From: Cheilinus undulatus
Lineage: Eukaryota
DNA: 64,000 bases
Direction of reading: 5' to 3'
NCBI RefSeq assembly: GCF_018320785.1
Contig: NC_054879.1
Coordinates: 26,456,546-26,520,545 of the forward strand
The notes under the pieces were generated by a model, which saw only the letters and a list, made by a program, of their open reading frames with translations, had not been told where the DNA came from and ran no database searches. A program made the position numbers and the translations under genes. Every line of letters begins with the position of its first letter. Position 1 is the stretch's first letter. Below are positions 12,361 through 24,530 of the stretch, piece by piece.

Positions 12361-14687
12361 GACATTTATGCTACTTTAATCTTACAAACACCCAAAAAAA
12401 CTTCCTCCAACAAACCTTTCTTGACAGTTCACTGCCAGAAATGTTGTCTACAATAACTCTTGACCTGTTACCGTGGTTGTTATGCCAGTCATTTAAATAT
12501 TTTGGTCATTAGTGGACACTGGCAAAGACTACAACTCAAGAAAAGAGAAAAGAAATTTATAAGTGTCTTACAGGATGAGCTGTTGTCACAGTTTATATCC
12601 ATTAAAATGAATTAGACCAGTAATTCACTTTATGAATAGTGTTTAAAGGGTTACAGCTGGCAGTGCCACTTGGTCATATAATGCATTACTTAAAAAAAAA
12701 AGTTCTGTGCACACACTGCATTTTGTTAACACTTTTCAAGACTGTCTGTGTTCCTGACTCTCTGTAAACCAGTCATGTTCCCCTTATTATATACCCCTAC
12801 AATCATATTTGGTGTTATTAACCTCCTCTGTGACTTTTTCTATCTCTAAATTATAGAGGCTGCAATTGTAATTATCAAAGAAAGTTTTGACAGAATTTAG
12901 GGGACAAACTCAGACTCTGACTCATCCTGTCTCACAGCATGGTGACAGATTTGTCAGAAAAAGCCAAGCTCGTATCCATCAGATTAGTGAAATCCAAAAC
13001 TGATTAGATGGATGACATGCATTGCAGAACACGGTGAGGATATTGTGATAGTGTGTCACAACAGAATTTGAAAAAAAAGGGAAAGACTTAGCTAGATTTG
13101 AAAGTATCAAACCGGAAAAATGTCAGAGTCACTCTCCTGAAATAAATCAACATGTGAAGCATCACATACAGTCCAGGAGAAGACCATAAGAGGAGAGCAA
13201 ACTTCTTTTCTGAGCCTTTACAGATCCACAGTCTCAGTCCAATCCAGACCCTCTGTAAACATGAAGGCTGTCAAACCACTCATCTATAAAATCACAGTTA
13301 ATCACTGAATTTAGAAAGCTAATTGTGACTAATCATAGTTTTAATAGCCTGTTTAACATTCAAGTACTTTGCAACTAAATCCAGATTTTTAAGTCCAGTG
13401 TTAAGAAATACTTCACATTACCTTGATGAGGGAATCAACAAAATCAAAGACGTGCTTTTCATGATCATGACATTTCGATTTATTATCTCAGCAAGTGTCA
13501 AACCAGTGTGTTCTGAAACTGAGACTTGGGCTGGCAACAAGCCAGGTGATTTTAAACCTAATTGGCGTCCAGATTTGCTGGGGAGGTGGGATCCAGTGGT
13601 GCCTGGAGAAGTGGGTATACTTTTAATTTATCTCCCTCATGTCTAAGTGGCCAATCCAGCAATGAATAACTGCATGTGTTACAGAGAGTGTTGTCAGTCA
13701 ATTAAAAATAGATCTATTTAGCTACAGGCTTTGTCATTAACTGATAACTATTAATTGCATGTATCAATGATGTGAAAACATGTTGGGGGTGCTTCTTGTC
13801 AGCAGTAAGAAAACTTATTGCAATGTTAATGATACAGAGCTACAAAAAAAGATAGCTTTACATGAGTTCACCAAAATAACACAACTGTTACTTTAACAGC
13901 CAGTTAAATTTTCTCTACAATACAATTTCTCTTTTCTGCAAATTATCACCACGAGATTCTGGAAACTGTTATGCAGCGTGTCCTTTCTGATCAGTTCAGC
14001 CTGAAGCTCCTCATAGTTCCACCTCATCAGTGCTATAATGTCTGATTGGAAAGAGTTACAATATTATCAGGAGTATTATTAGAACTACATCACATATGAA
14101 TATTACGTTTATATATCAAGTTTGCCTATGTTGTCAAAAAGGCCTTTCTACATGCAAATGAGACTGACAACTGAAAGATTTAGCAAATAAGGCAGAATGG
14201 GATCCATTATTTAAGAAACAGGAAATTTTAGCATATTTATAATAGCTAGGATTATGTATTTTGGTAAATGTGCTTTATGACGAAACTTTCCCCACTGACT
14301 TATCTACATTTTCTCTCTCTTCACTATCATTATCCACACACACATTGCACAGGGCCAGCCCTGGCCAAAGTAAGGCCCTAAACAGACACTGGTCGGTTCA
14401 AACTTTAGCAGACAGCCAGTCACAGTAGAAACTCTATTATTCTACTGAGTCAAAGCATTCCAGCCTACATGTGACCCCAGTTTTGACACAGGAAGGAGGA
14501 GGGGCTCTCTGTTCAGTGGGTCTGCTCAGAAAGTCAGTAGGAACAACCAGAAGACTGTGTGGTTTACTGTCACAAAAAGACTCTGTTGGTATACTTTTTT
14601 TCATCCAAACCAGTGGCGGGGAGGCTGGGACTAAAGTGGACGTGCTCCCACATGTTTTTTAAATTGGTTAAAATCTGAAATGGGCTG

Positions 14688-15175
14688 GGGTCTCATTTAT
14701 AAAACAGTGTGTAGAATCCAGACTAAAAGTTTACATGAGCCAAAACCACGGAAATGGCTTGCACTCAAAATTATTCCAATCTATAAAACCGTGCCCACGC
14801 ACATCTTCATGCAAGTCTCTCTTTATAAATCCCTGTCCACCTGGAAATGTGCTCAGGTAGCTCTGCCTCCTGTTCCACCCTTTACACGCCTACATTCAAC
14901 CTTAAATGGTCAACGCAAAGCTCCTTATGAATGAAAATCAAAATGATGCCAGCAGATCAGAGGCTTTTACTAGAGCCAGAGATCATGGGAAAACTGCAAG
15001 TTCATGCAGGAATAGTATGTCAGCAATGGACTATTTTACCTTTTGGGATTGATTTATCATCCATTCTGCCACGGTCTATGAGGGTGAGTACATTAAGCTC
15101 ATTGCTTAAAGGATCTGTAGTTTTATGTAAAACTCTTTGGCTAAATGTCCTCAGAAGTGAACTTTTCCTAATCAA
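14688..15175. mobile_element. Putative PIF/Harbinger-like non-autonomous DNA transposon fragment (one terminus only)
   Basis: The terminus ggggtctcatttataaaacagtgtgtagaatccagactaaaagtttacatg resembles the fish Harbinger-type TIR consensus (GGGGTCTCATTTATAAAACTGTGCGTA..) as I remember it. I found no matching inverted terminus downstream, so this is a fragment. Confidence 0.3.
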
Positions 15176-15560
15176 TGGCGCCGTTGTAGCTTGGTGACCC
15201 ACTGACCTCCCAGTGACCCTCTGCTCAGGATGCTGCAGGATGAGACTTAATGTTGATAAAGTGATAATTTATGATTGAGAGTCTGTGCGTTGTGTTGTAT
15301 TTTGGTAGAACCGCATATTCTACGCTTTTGACTTCCTGTTTGGAGCTTCCTCTTCTACAGGAATTGGCAGCGGTCAGCATTGAAAATAGACCTGCAGCAT
15401 ATCACGAACAAGAAGGAGCGGAGTGGCACTCCAGGGACGCGCCGCTGGCGGACTGGAGTGCGGAATGTGGAACCGCTTTGATAGACTAGAGAGGGAACAA
15501 TTTGCTCCACAGTGCGATTCGCTGGCAGATCATGGCGCAGCCGCTACATGTGAAAATTGG
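15170..15560. repeat. Unclassified interspersed repeat (family R2), copy 2
   Basis: Homologous to 8590-8950; see that entry. The GC- and CpG-rich stretch 15360-15560 falls inside this copy. Confidence 0.45.
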
Positions 15561-16448
15561 AGGTTGGGTAGGAGATGGCTTCAAAAATCATCTTTTGTGG
15601 GGTCATCCGGAGTGGTTGTGTATTTCTGAGTTTTTTTGTGCAGACAAGTGTACACATTTGTTCAGGGCAAGGGGAAAAACTATATTTTCCCTGGAGAAGT
15701 CTGTTATTCTGCTGGGTAGTATGGTAAACAAACACTCCTTTTGTTGTCTGAGCATGTGACATATTTTCAGCTGTCAAGCTACAACACGGATTTTAACAAA
15801 TACAGCAAAAAAGCCTTTTAAATCAATCGCCTATGTGAGTATTAAGATTGCATGAAAGAAACTTTGCTTTTTATATGCTTGCTTTTTGCTATAAGGAGAC
15901 TGGGGATATCATTATCTCGTCTCATTTTCCACAAAAACAATAGAATGAAAGTTTTCTAAAATAATGAGTTATTTTGATTTTCGAGTGAAACCTCCCAGGT
16001 GTATTATATTCTTTGTGAAAATGTGCAGTTATTATTCTCTCAGTTATGAGGAGACGAAGTGTCAGAGAGGAGCAGAGCGAGGCTACCTTGCATATCACTT
16101 CAGAAAAACACGTTTAATAACTTTGAAAAATGCTCTCATCTTTCTTGCAGATAAACTTAATTAACTTATACCCTGTCTCTGGCTTTTGAGTCTTTTGTCA
16201 GATCAAAAATGGAGAAAATTAAAGTCTGCTCTAACAAGATTAATCACGGGGGGGCTTTGTGAAATACTGGATTCAACATGAAGTCTGTCTTTTTTCTTTA
16301 AGGTTATTTTTAAAACATGATTTTCAGTATCCGTGTGCAAATTAGACGTCAAGCTTTTTGTATAAAAGGAAACTATATAAGGCAAAATTTTCAAGTGAAC
16401 AACTGTAGTTTCTTTTGTGCCACACTTTAATAAAGGATAGTGTGTTTC

Positions 16449-16473
16449 TCCTCCTCCTCCTCCTCCTCCTCAT
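16449..16473. repeat. (CCT)n microsatellite
   Basis: Eight perfect CCT units, which produce the poly-Arg run in minus ORF 16342..16674. Confidence 0.95.
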
Positions 16474-17129
16474 TTGGATAATAATACAGACTTGGCTCTT
16501 TTCATAAAAAAGTTCTCTTGCAGAAGAACTTGAGCTTTGAGGCAAAAAAAAAACTCTTGAAATGCTTTCATCTACTGTAGACGAACATGCAAAAATAGAA
16601 GTGGAACATGAGGATGGGCCACTGACAAAGCCATGAACAAATAAAAGCATCCAGTGGAGCCTGAGAGAAAACACGAGGAGAGGGATTGATGTCTGTTTCT
16701 TGTTCAGCCGGCTTCTATCTGTGACTCACCGAGAGCACAGAGTGAGCGCTTCAGTTCCCACCAGATCCCAACCATTCTGATGTGTACGTTCTTATTATTT
16801 TTATCCTTTTTTTTACAAGATAAAAGTTTAAATTATGTTAATTTTATGTGGGAAGGATACTGAGTCAGACTTGAAGCACAGTTCATTAAGCTTTTCTTCA
16901 CACACTATCCTCCCACTCAGACACCCACACAAACACTCTGACACAGACATAAACCAGCCTCATGTCTACTTATTTACATCAAATATGTGGCAGCTGATTT
17001 AATCTCAAAAGCACCTACATTAATTAACATTTTCTATAGGATTCACTGAGAGGAGTTCTCATAGTGGCAGAATCAATATATTGATTTGAGAGATGAGGTG
17101 GCCGTTATAAACTAGGCCAGAAACAACTC

Positions 17130-18395
17130 ATCAGAAGTGATTAGCATTTAGCAACAGACATTTTTAGATCGGCTCCTACAGCAGAAAATGTTTCCTCATG
17201 GGGCGACAGTTATGTATGAGAAAACTTTCTGGGGAGAGGCAATCACACAAAAAAGTCTCTCACTAGCTCATCAGATTGATTAGCTTACCCAGAAACCTAG
17301 TATTCAGTCACTATGTCACATTTCACAACAATGCCTGCATAAATGTTACTGTGCTATTTCTGTAGGTCTGGGCCAAAAGGTTATGGGAACACCATATCCA
17401 GGAAGTGACATATAAGGACGAAAAGCAAGCAGATACTGATGCTTAACACAATGGCTATGACAGGATCCTTAAGTCCAGTCCTTACCTAGGTGGGTATTTT
17501 TGGAAGCAGTTTTTTGTGTCCTTTTGAAAATATGCAAACAGCCGTTAAGGTCACTGAAAACACACCTTTTGGGTGTTTTTCCAAGATTTTAAGAAAGTCT
17601 AGTTACAGTGTTTATGTTAAGAAAGGGAGAACAGAGTTTTAGGCTAGCTCATCAGATTTATTAGCTTTCCTTGAAACCTAGCATAGATCTACTGTTGCAA
17701 AGAAGCCTGCACAAAAGTTACGGTGCCATTTCCTGTATGTCTGGACCAAAAGGCTACAGGGACACATTTATACATGGACTGATAAGGGGGTAAAGCAAAG
17801 AGCTGCTGTCGCTTAAGATGGATGTATTAGGTATGACAGGATCCTGAAGTCCAGTCCTTCCTTGCCAGTATTTTGGAAAATGAAGGCTTTTTGTGCATTT
17901 CGGCCTTTTGAAAATATTCAAACTGCATTTTAGGTCACTGAAACGACCTTTAGGAAACTATTTGAAGATTTTTATAAAGTACATTTACAGCATCTGTGTT
18001 CAGAAAGGCAAAACAGAGTTTTAAGACAACTCATCAGATTGGTTAGTTTACCTACAAAACCTATGCTGTAGTCAATATGCCATGTCTTGCAAAGAAGCCT
18101 GCTTAAATGTTATTGTGCCATTTTCTGTATGTCTGGACCATAAGGCCTCTATCAACATGGAGAGACTGATAAAAGCAGGCAGTGATGCTACGGACAAAGA
18201 CAATGACAGGATCCTAAAGTCCAATCTTTCCTAGGCTGGTATTTTGGAAAATGGGGGTTTTCTGTGTATTTTGGCCTTTTGAAAAAGATATTTCAAGTAA
18301 CTGAAAGGAGATTTTAAAAATAATGTAAAATATTTTTGAAATTGCACGTTCAGCATTTATGTTACAAAAAGTAAAACAGCTATAAGCTTTGTTAC
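17130..18395. repeat. Satellite-like tandem array, ~381-bp unit, about 3.3 diverged copies
   Basis: Unit starts gctcatcagattgattagcttacc at 17265, gctcatcagatttattagctttcc at 17646 and caactcatcagattggttagtttacc at 18027. Each unit carries the conserved blocks tgtctgg(g/a)cca(a/t)aagg.. and gacaggatcct(t/g/a)aagtcca(g/a)tc..ttgaaaat. A degenerate partial unit sits upstream (aacaactcatcagaagtgattagc at ~17130). Confidence 0.85.
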
Positions 18396-18659
18396 TAATG
18401 TTGTGCACTAATTTCTCCTCTGTTTAAGATTACTGGCATGTTACTGTATCAGTTTTATTGGTAAAGTATAGATGGTGCTTTGAACATGCACGCAACACTC
18501 TGAAGACACCAACCCCACAGCCATTTTTGGTGGTGTTGATGATAAACTCAAACTCCACTTGGACTCCACAAATCTGTTGCATTGCCATCTGGACAACCGC
18601 TCATTGAAAATGTTTGAAAAGGGCAGAACCTTTGAAAACATCTCAGAGGGGGGTTGGAC

Positions 18660-19230
18660 AAACATTCAGTCTCAATCACATACGCAGCTCCACTCGCCAT
18701 GCTAGCAGCTACAGTGGCTAACTTGGCAAATATATGCCAAGCAGTTTACGATATACAGAAACATCTTTCTGCCAAGAAAAGCTTTCACTGTGGTTCTTTG
18801 CTCTTCTTTTAAAGAAATGCTGTCCGGTCCTGATAGAGCCGCCGCTGTAGCCACATCTGGGCTTAGCGCTGTTCAAACAGCCACTGTATAATAGTTTACA
18901 GTACTACTTACTGCCCTGTAACCATTGCAAACTGATGGCAAAACAGGTTGGGAGAAGAGCAAAACCATCTTTCCCACCATGAAAGTTTTCACTGCTATCT
19001 TTTTGATAAAGAAATATCCAGTTCTGATATACCTGCATCAATGCTAATCTCTTCAACTACTTTTACCAAATCCTGCCTGTAGCTACCACCTTGTCTCCTA
19101 AAATGACACTAATTATACAATTTCAGACCAAAAACAAGCGTTTCAGCTCAAAGTTTTACAAGATAGAGCCACTTGATGGAATCTGGCCAGTCCATCAGCA
19201 TTGCAGGGCCACCGACTTGTTCTCTATGAC
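18660..19230. repeat. Unclassified interspersed repeat (family R1), two tandem sub-units
   Basis: Homologous to 12020-12360 and 53600-54095. Shared blocks: atatgccaagc..ctgccaagaaaagctttcactg..ttcttttaaagaaatg and ..ctgcatcaatgctaatctcttcaac..ctgtagctaccacct..ctcc..gtttcagctcaaag. Confidence 0.5.
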
Positions 19231-20892
19231 AAAAACAACTTCTCCATCTTCTCCATCACTCAGCATTGAAATTCTAAGCCTCCTGAATGACCCATTTGGT
19301 TTCCCATTTAGATTGCTGGTTAAAACATCACACCACTAAAGAGGTTCTGGGAAATAGTCTTAAGTGAAGTGAGATCTGATGCCCAAGGGGGATGCATTCA
19401 GGGTGCAAGAGGGCATCCCTCTGGTCTTGCACCCCTTTGATGAGTGTTCATATAAGGGGAACAAGGGATGAAGTGCAGATAGTGGGACAGAGCAAGCTGG
19501 TTTAAAACTGGTGAATTTTTCCTTTAAAGATAAGATTTCACACTTGTTTAAATGCATTTGCCACACAGGATATTTTATTCCCAACCTGTCAGTGTTATAT
19601 CAGTTCTGTCCATCAGGGCTACAGTAAAGAAACGTGATCAAATATGTGAAGTAAATAAGAAGCAATCTTTGGTTGAAAATATGTCTGTATGAGCACATTT
19701 TCAAGTGACTTCAAGTGTGAAAAGGCGGCCTGTGGAGAAAATGAATATAAGGAGGATTGGGACAATCAAAGATCTCAAGGACACTCTTAGTTTTCATTGA
19801 GGTCACTGGTGTGATGCAGCTCTCTCCATCAGGATCACCTTCACAGTTTATAGCAGCAGCCCTGAGGGAGCGGGCTGGCCCAAGTCAGCCGCTCTGAGGG
19901 CTTCAGGGAGGCTTTTGTGGGCTGCCTGCTGAAAGAGTGCCCTTCATTTCTAGACAGCGTGCCCTTTTTAAAATACAATCATAGATAAAGAGTGAGTGGC
20001 AGCCTAACGCTTGTCGCTCCCCATTGCATCACATTCACTGACAAACACGGCCTTAAGGGCCTGCATTTCAGCACACTCATCCTGGTTTAAATTAAAGCAA
20101 CAAAAGCACTCTGGGCGAGGTTAGCTCAAGTGTTAAATGTTAATATATATTCCAACACAGCTTGTCTCATGTGTCATGTCACAGTTGACTTTTTCAGTGG
20201 TAACCAAAATCCTATTTTTTTCTTTAATGTCTCCAAGAACCCTAAAAAAAGAAAATGAAACTTGATCATGCTTTTTGTTGCTGTAGGCTGAAACTGTGGT
20301 AAAGGAGAGGATATTGTTGGGTGAACTTATAAAGCAGGTTGTTATTTGATACTTTCAGAATCATCATTGCAGATTTACAGTCAAATTCAACTGCATCATG
20401 GCGCACACACTCATTAATGATAGATATGGCAAGACGTATTATAGGGCTTGTTTAATTATGAGGAAAACCTCTAATTTTCTTTTTCTGCTTCATACATTTT
20501 GCACGTTTCTTATGGAGTTGTAAAATGTTAGATTAGTAGTTCTGAAATCAACCAAATAATCAATCATTGATTGTAATACTGAGCAACTACTACAATTATT
20601 TACATTTGCAGTTCTAAAAAATGATCGTCATTTCTCCGGAGCTTTAGTTACAGACCAACTGTTTTGTAAATACTGAATTCACTCAGTGACAAACATAATG
20701 ATCGGTGCAATTGATCCAGAGCTGAATCAAGTACTATAATTACAGCTGTCCAGACTCACCACCTGGTCCATCATAAAAACGGTCATAAAATGATGGCACT
20801 CACACAGAATGCATCATCTATTAGTCTGTTTTTCCTCCTACAGAGAAGATCTCAGCACATTGGTTCAGTAATAATCCTGCCTCATGATCAGG

Positions 20893-20955
20893 TGGACGGA
20901 TGGATGGATGGATGGACGGATGGATGGACGGACGGACGGATGGATGGATGGATAG
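20893..20955. repeat. (GGAT)n/(GGAC) microsatellite
   Basis: Run of ggatggatggacggatgg units, which produces the [14 protein letters not shown] artefact (20790..21002). Confidence 0.95.
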
Positions 20956-23039
20956 TTGGACTGATTGATTCATCAATGGATGGATGCTTTAGCATGGTTT
21001 AGATGGAGGCTTTGGGCTTTGTTGCTCGTCCTGCTCTGGGGTGATGCATGTCATGAGGGGGCAGTTGTTAGCTTGATGCTAACATATAATCGAATATACC
21101 ATTAACAGGCTAACCAAGTAAGTGGATTATTTGTCAGTCTCTTTTTTACTAAACATACAAACCATATGCACTCATACTTGCAGGTATACCGTCCCTCCAC
21201 TGATCTGGGCTTTTTGGCCTAGTTTCTAGATGGAGGCCTCTCCTCAGTGCCAAACACATGAAAATCCAGCTGGCTTTCATTTGGAGTTTTTTTAGCAAAC
21301 TCCAAGTGGGCTTTCATGTGACTCACACTGAGGAGAGCCTTCTGGTATTGGTATCAGCGATACTAGCCCTGAATTTACTTGGTATCGGATAGGTATCAAA
21401 TTTTGCAGTATCTCCCACCACTATTGGAGTTGTGCATTACTAATATACATATCAGCGTTTAAAATGACTCTGACTACATTTTTAACAGATGCATGTGGAC
21501 CGGTATTTCTGTTAAACAGTAGTAAGTGCATTTTGGTTGTTTTTTTTTGGTTTGGTTTGGTTTTTTTTGCAAAATGTGTCTTTTACCAGTCCATCCTGTA
21601 CCTCAGGATAACTCAAGACAACCCCATTTTCAGATGTAGATAATGGGCAATGGATGAATTGCTCTTTGACTGGTCTTTTATGCAAATATCTCTGTTTGTC
21701 ATTTTCAAATTCTTGCTGATCGCTTTTCATTTGCAGAACAGAAACAACTTTGATAAATATGTCCTTATGGCTGTTCTCATACACATCAGAGAAGTTATGA
21801 TCAAACATTTAACAGGAAACAACATGAATGTGAATGTGTTCTAACATAAAAGAAAGCAGAAAAGTCTCTGCTGTGTGGTACTGGAAATGTCTGATACCTT
21901 TTTATTGTACTTGGCCAAGTTTGGGTTTGCACACAGCGAGCATGGTGTGAAGGCTTCTAAAGCAAAAAAGGTAAAAGCATCCTTTGCACCACCAGAATTG
22001 AATTTAAAGAAGCAAGAAAAATGTAAGAAATATAACCATGGAAGGAGACTGTATGGTACATGTGCTGCAGAAATACAACCAAAATTGACTCCTTGACCCA
22101 ATGTCCAGGACAACTTTGTGCATGTCACCTATTTAAAGGACAAAAACTGGCTCATCAGAAATGTAAGGTGCTGAGATCTCTGAATGCCTCCTGTCTGTAC
22201 ATGCTGTTTCTGCATGCTGTGATATGTCAAGGTCAGATTTTTTTACACTATACAGTACTCTTACTGTTGTAGTCTAACAATAGAGCGACTCTAAAAAGAC
22301 TTTCACAAAGGTTCAGGCTGAGGCACGTCTCAGGCTGAGGAGCTTCAGCTGAGGCATCTTAGGCCAACACTTGACATTACAAAAGATTAAAAACAAGGCA
22401 AGAGATCAGCGTTTCAGGAAATTTAAATGTAACCTTTAATCAAAATGAATAAAGGAAACACATTGCTCCCCCTCTGCTGACATTAAAGCGTGTGTTTCCG
22501 CAGCTCTCTCGGTATCTGATGAGCCGTGTGGTGTGAGGCGTCAGGTTTACCAGAGCATGACAGAGTCTGACCTCCACAGCAGGTCGAGCACACCCTCACA
22601 GTTTGTTTCCTCACTGCCTGCTCATCTCCAGCACTCTCCAACAGGAGGGAAGTGGAAGAGAGATAAAGATATATTAGTGTAAAGATATATTAAAGATCCT
22701 GAGGAGTTTTTAATTTTTTATAAAATATGCTGGATTTATTCATGCTTATGGAGCAATTTGGTGTTGAATCACAGAGGTTGCATGTGCATCGAGGTGGCAG
22801 AAAAGCAACTGGAGCGCATGCAGGGAAATCTTAGAAGCAGTACTTATAATGATGTTTAAAGTTCAAATATACATCAAGACAGTGGTTCCAATCTCATGGG
22901 TTAGGGCCTAAAAGTCAGATGTGGGGGTGTTTTCAGAGAATGTCTCGGGAAAACAAAAGCGTCTTCAATATTGTTGTATGTTCTTGTTTGACTCCAAGCA
23001 GAGCAATAAAATAATCATACTGACACCAGTCAGTAGGAG

Positions 23040-23290
23040 TATCAATTTAAAACAGGCACCAGGAAAACTCAAGACAACCCCTCTTGAGATAAATAATGGA
23101 CAATGGATGAATGGCTCTAAATCTGAAGATTGTGGGTTCGATGCCCAGCTCCTGCAGTCACATGTTTAATGTGTCCTCCTTGGGCAAGACACTTAACCCC
23201 ATTTTTCTCCTACTTTGCCAATGGTGTGTAAATGGGTGAATGGGATCTATTCACTGTAACTTAAAGAAGTCTCTGTGTGGTAAAATGCCT
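23040..23290 (+). mobile_element. SINE-like (tRNA-derived) teleost repeat fragment
   Basis: gggttcgatgcccagc (tRNA B-box/T-arm-like), then gtgtcctccttgggcaagacacttaacccc and ggtgtgtaaatgggtgaatggg. These match, from memory, a widespread teleost SINE-like consensus (..gtccttgggcaagacacttaaccc..gtgtgaatgggtgaatg..). The 5' part is homologous to 21600-21670. Confidence 0.45.
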
Positions 23291-23959
23291 CACCTCATAT
23301 GTACATATGCACTAATCAACTATCCTAAATCATCTTGTCTCCCTCATGTAGATCTGCTCATATCTTTGCATTTTTTGTACTCTGATCACATCTTGTCGGC
23401 ATCCTTGCACCCTTTCCTCATCTTGCAACCATACTATCAGTGCACACTGACTTTTATATGGTAGAAATAATACCTGCAAGAGCTTGTACATATTTAGATC
23501 TTAGTGCAAAGCTAACCAGAGCCAAAGTATTTGTTGCATGAGCATACTACGCATTTCGGCATGTAGCCTTCTTGACCCTGATGAAGGCTACATGCTGAAA
23601 TGTGTCGGTCTAATAAAGTTGTTCTCTAAACTGAAAGTGTTGTTGGAGACTTCTGTTCTCTTCTGACCTATGCTCCATAGCAACCTCTACCATCAGTGTG
23701 TGGATATGGACAGAATGGAGTGAAAAGGTGTAAATGATTAGATGTGTCCTGCTGTGCGAAAGCGCTTTGAGTAGTCAGATGACTCCATCAATTCCCTGTA
23801 AGTCCATCTACCATTTACCATTCACATTCTTAAGGACTATTATTTGGAAAAAAAAAATGAGTTGCAACAAGCTAAGAATCAGGTCACACCAACCTTCCCT
23901 TAACTCAGGCCCATAAATTGGCTTACAATTGTCTAGTGTGCAGGCCAAGGTTATAATAG

Positions 23960-24530
23960 TTTGGGATTTTTCATTAGTTTCTATTTCAGTTTTGTTTTCG
24001 CTTTCTGTGTTTTCTTTTTCCGTTTAGCTTTTATTAGTTTTGACGGCTGGTTGTTAGTTTAGTTTAGTTTTTACTTTGCGAAAATGCTTCGTTTTAGTTT
24101 AGTTTTTATTGGTTTTAGTTTTTTACAGATAGATATCAGGGCTGAGTGAGCGTCATACATTTTTAAAAACATAATAGGCTACTCTTCACTGCATTCATCA
24201 TTCATTTATTTGATAATGATGATGTTTGAATACAATTCCAGACATGAAACTACCACTGTATGAAGTCTTAACCAATCACATCAGGCCATTTTACACTCCC
24301 AGGGTGTCGGTGCCAGTCAGCATGGTTGTGTCAATGAAAAACAATAAGGATATTTAGTCTCCATTTATTCTATTTTCGTTAGTTTTGTAAGCACACTATA
24401 GCTTACAGTTTTAGTAAGTTTTCCTTTTGTTTTGGTAGCTTAACTAAATTAACTAAATTGGCTAAATTGATTTTTGAGTTTTAGTTATTTAGTTAGTTTT
24501 AGTTAACTATAACAACTTTGTTGCAGGCAA
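23960..24530. repeat. Low-complexity 'tagtttagtt / ttagtttt' degenerate tandem tracts (two blocks split by ~220 bp of unrelated sequence)
   Basis: Block 1 at 23960-24130 and block 2 at 24350-24530 are both built from gtttagtt, tttagtta and aactaaatt short units; likely the internal region of a non-autonomous element. Confidence 0.5.

Noticed and set aside
16342-16674. 110-aa minus-strand ORF with a poly-Arg run
   Set aside because: The RRRRRRRR run is the (CCT)8 microsatellite read on the opposite strand; no other coding features.
17130-18395. Tandem array as a CRISPR array
   Set aside because: The units are ~381 bp and diverged, with no short identical repeats separated by unique spacers, and the genome is eukaryotic.
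23100-23140. tRNA gene (gggttcgatgcccag T-arm-like motif)
   Set aside because: Only the B-box/T-arm-like segment is present, embedded in SINE-like sequence. No acceptor stem, anticodon arm or 3' structure can be drawn.
23559-23610. Hammerhead ribozyme (CUGAUGA ... GAAA)
   Set aside because: CUGAUGA lies inside the loop of a single hairpin rather than between helix I and a helix II hairpin. No helix II or III and no UH cleavage-site arrangement can be drawn.
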